From: Rotaria socialis
Taxonomy: Eukaryota
DNA: 29,225 bases
Assembly: GCA_905331295.1 (NCBI GenBank)
Contig: CAJNYD010000003.1
Span: forward strand, 124,001-153,225
Direction of reading: 5' to 3'
A program made the translations under genes and the position numbers. The notes under the pieces were generated by a model. The model ran no database searches. It worked only from the letters and a program-made list of their open reading frames with translations, and was not told the DNA's origin. Below, piece after piece: positions 23,005-29,225 of the stretch; within the stretch, counting starts at the first letter, position 1, and each line of letters opens with the position of its first letter.

Positions 23005-24309
23005 TTACAAATGTTGTTCATCGTATTCTTATTCTCCACTTTTTTACATTATTTGTTTTTAACTTTTTATCATATACTAAGTCTCCGCAGCAGAAAAGAA
23101 AACTTAAAATATGTAGACATTATGTATATATATATCCAAGAATGCTTTTATTTAATAATAATATTAAATCAAATATATATGCAAAAATGTCCACGTTTCA
23201 TCGAATGTAATATAATCGTGCTAGAATCTGTACCTATTAGATAAAAGTTCAAATATGTAGAAGTTGTTAATGCTGAAACGACTGCATTGTAGTTATTTTA
23301 TGTGACTAACATAATCTTCTGCATAAATCTAAGATGAACCCTTTAATGATATATTTTCTTATATAAATGTATACAAACCAATACAAACGTTTCCAGCTTG
23401 AAGTTTTCTTTTATAACTGAGACATTTCTAATAACAAACGCTTTAAAAACTATTTACTTATATATTTATTTGTTACCGTTATCTTTACGATTTTTTACTT
23501 GCCTTTGCCATGAAAAACAATAAACCTAGAGAATAAGTTATCTCACAACTACATAGGTCGAAAAATGGACGCTATCTCATGAAACAATTAGCAGCTATAC
23601 GACTATAGAGATAGAATTCGAAACAAAATACAGAGAAAAGTAATTTGAAGTGAATCATCTAACTTGCGCAAGTATGCTCCATTAACAAGATTCACATAAG
23701 GAATACCAAACATACAAACGATTTTTCTCCCGGCCTTATATCATGAAATAAATCCACGGTAACTATCATAATAACAAACATGTTTTTTCGCTTCACAATC
23801 ATCGGATCACAATTGACAAAAGCCGATTACTATCAAAAAATAACAGAAACATGTAGTGTCTATTTACATTTATCACAACAAAATGTATCATTGGTAAGTA
23901 CAATGATAATATTAGAATTTTTCTTGTTTTAGGTCAATCCGGACAGAGAAAAATAACAATTGTGAGTTTGAGGAGATGAAAATACTTTGCTGATTGTTTA
24001 GGGTGTGAATCGGTCTTTTTTTATTAGTTGACGATGATGCATATTCACACACTGCTCTTGATTATTGTAAAACAAAAATCTAAACGGTGAACCATTTAGA
24101 TTTAGGTTAAGGGTTAGATATAGAATAGCAATGTAGATTAAGGGCTAGATTTAGAGTAAGAGCTTAACATAGGGTATACATTTAAAAGTTAAGATATAAA
24201 TTAAGGAATGAATTTTTTAACAAACGGATAGTTGCCGAAATTCTAATGGAAGCGTGAATGGTAGTATTAGTGCAAACGCAGAGGCATTGCATTCGAATGA
24301 AGAAGTTAT

Positions 24310-24875
24310 TTGAGCTACGAAACCATTTTGAATACTAACTGGAAACGGTTCCGTACGAAACCATATTTATACGAAACCGAAAAACATAGCTGCGCCGATA
24401 CAAATACAAGTTGTACCGCCCATCTACATCGTACCTATGTTACGTTGTATCGAGATATATATATCCGTGAAAACCCTAGAAACCATGAATCATATAACGG
24501 CATGTAACGGCATGTATCGGTTTGTATCGAGCCTCTGTTACAATATATCGATGCAATTTAACAGAGGCTCAGTAGAAGCCGGTACAAGCCGTTACATGAT
24601 TCATGAATTCTAGGTTTTTCCGGGGTATATATATGGATACATTGTAACACAGGCTCGATACAAGTCAATACGTGCCGTTAGATGCCGTTACATGATTCAT
24701 GAATTCTAGGTTTTTCTGGGGTATATATATATGGAAACAATGTAACATAGATGCGATGCCGATGGGCGATACAAATTGTATCCGTATCGACGCACCCCGC
24801 CCGAAAAAAGGTTTAGATTTCGTTGCAAATCTCGGAACCTTTTTAAGTTCCGTATGGAATTTTTTTTTCAGTGTA
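24310..24875. mobile_element. foldback/MITE-like element with long internal inverted repeats
   Basis: ~160-bp imperfect IR at 24391-24549 / 24636-24794. Perfect 12-bp IR at 24529-24540 / 24559-24570. Direct duplication ~24588-24648 vs ~24683-24748. Right end reads TTTTTTTTCAGTG|TA (to 24873). Confidence 0.75.
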
Positions 24876-26500
24876 GGGTCCCGTTACAGAAGCGTATTTC
24901 ATCGTACACGCATTGTATTTTTTGACCAGATTATTTTGTACTATATCCGTTTTGGATGTAATAACTCGTTTATTTTCTTTTTGTATAAATAACCAAAATA
25001 ATTCCAGCTAAATGGTGATCTTGGTACGTTAGAAATCTCTATGCGAATAAATAGGGATTTAACTGAACCATGAATTGCTTCTTGATGTCAAGTTGTATGT
25101 CGTTGTATAAATGAAAATAACCACTACTAAAATTAAAATAAACAAACAACAACACCAATACTATCGATAACTAAAGTAGCTTTGGGATCTTTGAACTAGC
25201 TTTTTTTCTAAATTTTATTTCAAAGACATAAAGGTCCATTTACATTTAAAAACCAATAAAAACATGCCAGTCTTAACTCAATAAAAGAAGAAATCTAAAC
25301 TCCCAATATCTCTATAAGTAGACATCATTAAAAAGGGTGAGCAGCCAGTTCAATCCAATATGTCATTGAGTATTTGACAGCAGCATGATCTTCGCAGCGT
25401 CTGATAGAAGAATTCATAATGTTAGAAAAAAATCGTGCAAATCTTGAAACACGAAACGCTATCAGCATCGACAAAAAAAATCTTTTTTTCTTCATGTGCT
25501 GATTGGTATTGCGTTGATTGATATCAAAAGTCACTTTGCATCTCTATCAGAAACCTTTAATTATGAAGGGTATGTACAGCCTTTTTATGTGACTTAAATT
25601 CTCATATAAAGATGCCACAACGAAATTTGGCAGTCAATGCTAACTTGAATCTCATGAGAAAATTTCCTTGGATCGCAGACATAACTATTATAAAATTCAG
25701 AGAATATTGGCTATCAAATATTCAATAAAACTTGGTCTTCAACAGATCTACAGAAGTATTTTCAAACTCCAGTACTTTTGTGAATAAAAATCAAACTATC
25801 TAAACGAAAAATAAATACTCTTCGATGTGGCTCAACTGCCTAGCCTAATAGACGCTTTCAGGGTAACAAGAATAAATACAACCTTTTACAGCTTGGTTTT
25901 ACACAGCAATGACATATTTTTAAACATTAGGCTAAGCTCAAGTATGATTGAAAGATAGAAATTTCTAAGATCATTGAATCAATAGTAGGTAATTTACTGA
26001 CTTAACTCTCACTAACTCGACAAGAAAATTTACTTTTATATAACTACAATGAAGTTCGTTATCTAATTTGTTATGAATATATTTCAACAATTACATTAGG
26101 CTTTAATAAAAATTGCATAAAGTCCCTCAACTATTCAATCAATCAAAGTATGAGTGAATTATTTAAAATAATTGAAGTGATTGACTGAGGTAGCTTGCAT
26201 TAGCATTTTCTAAACAGAATGTTATCGATAAGACTGTTCCAAGTGTAAACAGATTGCTTATTCGCATGCTCTCAGTTCTAAAAATTTGAAAGCAGTAGCT
26301 AAATATTCTTTTCGCCACTTTCTGTTGGCAAAACAATAAAATCAATATTAACAGTATAGGTAGAAAATGTTTTTTTAGTGAGTAGGCATCATGAAACAAT
26401 ATTAAAACAATAGTTATTAGTAGGTTCTCATAATCATTTTAAACACATATATATCCATCAAAGTATTTTAAAAAGAATCGCTTTTCATTGTTCTCGAATT

Positions 26501-28192
26501 TTACACACCCGCATGCACGTCTGAATCCATGTAAACTCTCACAGCCACATGTTTTGGAAAGCAAGTGATACGTTGAATGAAGCCACCCGAATTGTTTGCC
26601 TCATTGCCAGCATCTTCGATTGTTATACGTTGCATAAGTCGCGCAATTGCAATTTTGAGTTCAAACAAAGCCAGATCTTGACCGATACATGCTCGATGGC
26701 CGCCACCGAACGGCATGTATGCGTATGGAGGTGGACGTTTGTCTTCGTCAAGAAATCGCTCAGGAATGAATTTTGTCGGATCAATCTTCCAGTAGCGTGG
26801 ATCTCGATGCATATTCTGCGTCGCAATTAAAAAAATGTCACCTTTTTTGACGATAATATCATTGATTATATCATCGCGCGTTGCTTGACGAACAATTGCA
26901 GCAGCGATCGGAGCATATCGCAGTATCTCTTTCATAACGCATTCAATATAGACCAATGTGTCTAAATCTTCAGGCGTAATCATAGCACTGGGAGTTAAAC
27001 GATGATAGTGAAGTTCTTCTTTAATCTTTACTTGTACATCCGGATGCTTTGACATTAAAAAAAAGAACCAAGATAATGCTGTAGATGTTGTTTCAAAGCC
27101 GGCAACCATGGACAAAGATACTTCATCGAAAAGTTCACTGGTACTTAGCGATGCTTTTGATAAACCCATTTCTAGTCGGTCACTTTCAGCTGCAGCCACC
27201 ATTGATGCTATAAGACTTTTCGGTTTAGTTAATGTTTGCTGTTCGTCGCGTTGTCGTTTTTGTTCTTCATCTATAATACGTATAACATAGTGTCGAAGAA
27301 TCCGTAAAGCTCGTTGAAATTTAAAATCAATTGCTAAACGTATTCTTGCTATCCACAACGGAATACCGGCCATCAGAGCGAAACGATTGGCACACTTGAT
27401 AACATCATTGAATGCTCGATGAAGCGCTTCCCCGTCCATTCGTGAACCGCTTTCCAAATCATAATCAAAACCAATTATAGCTATGATGTTCAGAAGCACA
27501 TGTTGACACTTCACAATAAGATCCTTATGAATTCGACGATCTTGGCAGGAAAATTCTTTCTCGATAAAACGATCGATACATAGTACAATTTTATCAAAAA
27601 ATGGTAATGTTTTATTCTTCCGATACATTGGCAACATTATGCGAGAATGACGCTTGAAATCATCGCCATTTATAGACAATAGAGCTGTAGGAAAAATTAG
27701 CTTGAAATTACGATTGGTTGTTTCAGATATTTCATAGGTGTTTCGATCGGTTAGAATGTGACGAATATAGTCTGTGCATGAAACCACTGTAACACGACCA
27801 CGTCCGAGCTGAATCGCAAATAAATCACCATACTTTAATTTTAGTCGGGCAATAGATTCATGAAATGCTCCACAACCCGCAGCCCAAATGATACCTAAAG
27901 CAGCAAGTATGGTTTTGAACAGATTGAAAAATACTATTTACTAGGAAATAATAGCATACGCCGAGAAAGAAAGTACCGGCGAAAATAGCACAGTAAGACA
28001 GCTTTCCACATAGTCTTACCAAAGTATTGCTTAATAGAAACGAAAAGGATGATACATGCCTATTAGCCATTCAGTTGGGATTCGTCTTGGTTCCATAGAA
28101 CCATGTTCAATTGTAGAATTTGAGGAATATAAATAATGATAGACAACAAACAAAAGGACGGTAAAAAAAGCCAGTAATATTGAAAGAAACAT
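26501..28192 (-). CDS. cytochrome P450, ~508 aa, 2 exons (family not assigned)
   Basis: Exon 1 28192-28060 encodes an N-terminal TM anchor MFLSILLAFFTVLLFVVYHYLY. Exon 2 is 27894-26501 (alternative in-phase acceptor ~36 nt further upstream). Motifs: AGFETT (I-helix), EILR (ExxR), PERF, PFGGGHRACIG (heme Cys). The exon 1 junction needs a GC donor. Confidence 0.93.
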
Positions 28193-29225
28193 GACTACCT
28201 TGGCAATGTGAGTAAAACGAATGAGGAATGAAATAAAAACTGCTTTAGCAGAAGAATTTTGTTTGCTCTCAGCATGAAATCAAAGGAATACAAAAAGGGT
28301 AAAAAAAAGCATGCAGCTCATATTTTTTTACACATAACTCTGGAAGCTTCACTTCTGTGTTTTACTTCCAATAACAGCTATTTGTGTGAGTCATAAGAAA
28401 GTTTCAATATTGCTTCCTAGGAGTCTTAAAATCAATTTAACAATTAATTTACATGATTAATTAGTCAGTATGAAACTATTTGTATATACTACACATATGA
28501 TTTCCTCGTGCATCAATTCAATTATCACTACATTTAAATAATAAATTGACCTTGAATCTGTATTTCATTAAAATTGAATTCCTCCCATATTATCGAAGAA
28601 AACAATGAGCGCCAGTGTTAAGACAAGGCTTTTGGAGGCACTCTACACTTCACTCTATAATACAGGCATCAATAATTCAAAGTTTATTTTGCTAATTAGA
28701 CAACATTGTGATTAGGATTCAATCGTTCTGTTAACCATGACATAACATAGAAAAAACAGCAAGTCGTACCCATTACAGACACTAGCAACCAGGGGTCGCA
28801 ACGGGCCGCCCGACCCGGTGGACTGGGCCGGCTTGTTTTATTTTTTTTCTTATGAATCGAACATGACTGGTGCGTCAGCATAAATGGCAGTCTCAATATT
28901 TCTTCAATATTCCTTTCAGCTTTCATAGTTTCGTACTGACTTTTATATCAAAAGATTCAGCCTTGAATGCTCTACAAAACCATAAAAAAATGAACCACAT
29001 GGAGATAGAAACAAAGCAATTATTGTAGTAATACTTCTAACAAACATCGATATCAACTTTCAAGAACTTGTATTCAAATTAATTTGAGTTTTTTCTTGCT
29101 AGTGAAACACTTTTAGAAAGCTTCAAAGTAATATTTCTGATGCGATGATGAGCGCACTATATAATGAAACATACGAAAGAATATTTCAACGAAAAAATAT
29201 TGACAAAGTATTCAGTTTTTGGTGA

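Noticed and set aside
25340..25500. Plus-strand peptide SSQRLIEEFIMLEK, faintly like an ABCC transporter linker
   Set aside because: Contains stops, similarity is too weak and no NBD motifs are nearby.

Overview
AT-rich eukaryotic (metazoan) genomic DNA. Most introns are about 45-75 bp; this and the repeat style suggest a bdelloid rotifer (inference only). I built five spliced gene models by hand, checking frame across every junction: Acinus-like (13 exons, minus), microsomal cytochrome b5 (4 coding exons, minus), an unknown coiled-coil gene (2 exons, plus), phospholipase C-beta (19 exons, minus) and a cytochrome P450 (2 exons, probable GC-AG intron, minus). The PLC-beta model is intact over 1204 codons except for one in-frame TAA at codon 130. 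Cyt b5 and Acinus are only 217 bp apart head-to-tail, with an operon/trans-splicing-like spacer. The intergenic DNA holds many mobile-element relics: a MITE/Tc1 nest (1.3-2.3 kb), a decayed RTE-like LINE 5' end with a structured leader (20.3-20.7 kb), a tRNA-Thr-derived SINE-like head, two Helitron-like ends with an internal ~60-bp array (21.5-23.0 kb) and a foldback element (24.3-24.9 kb). No CRISPR array, rRNA gene or intact tRNA gene was found.
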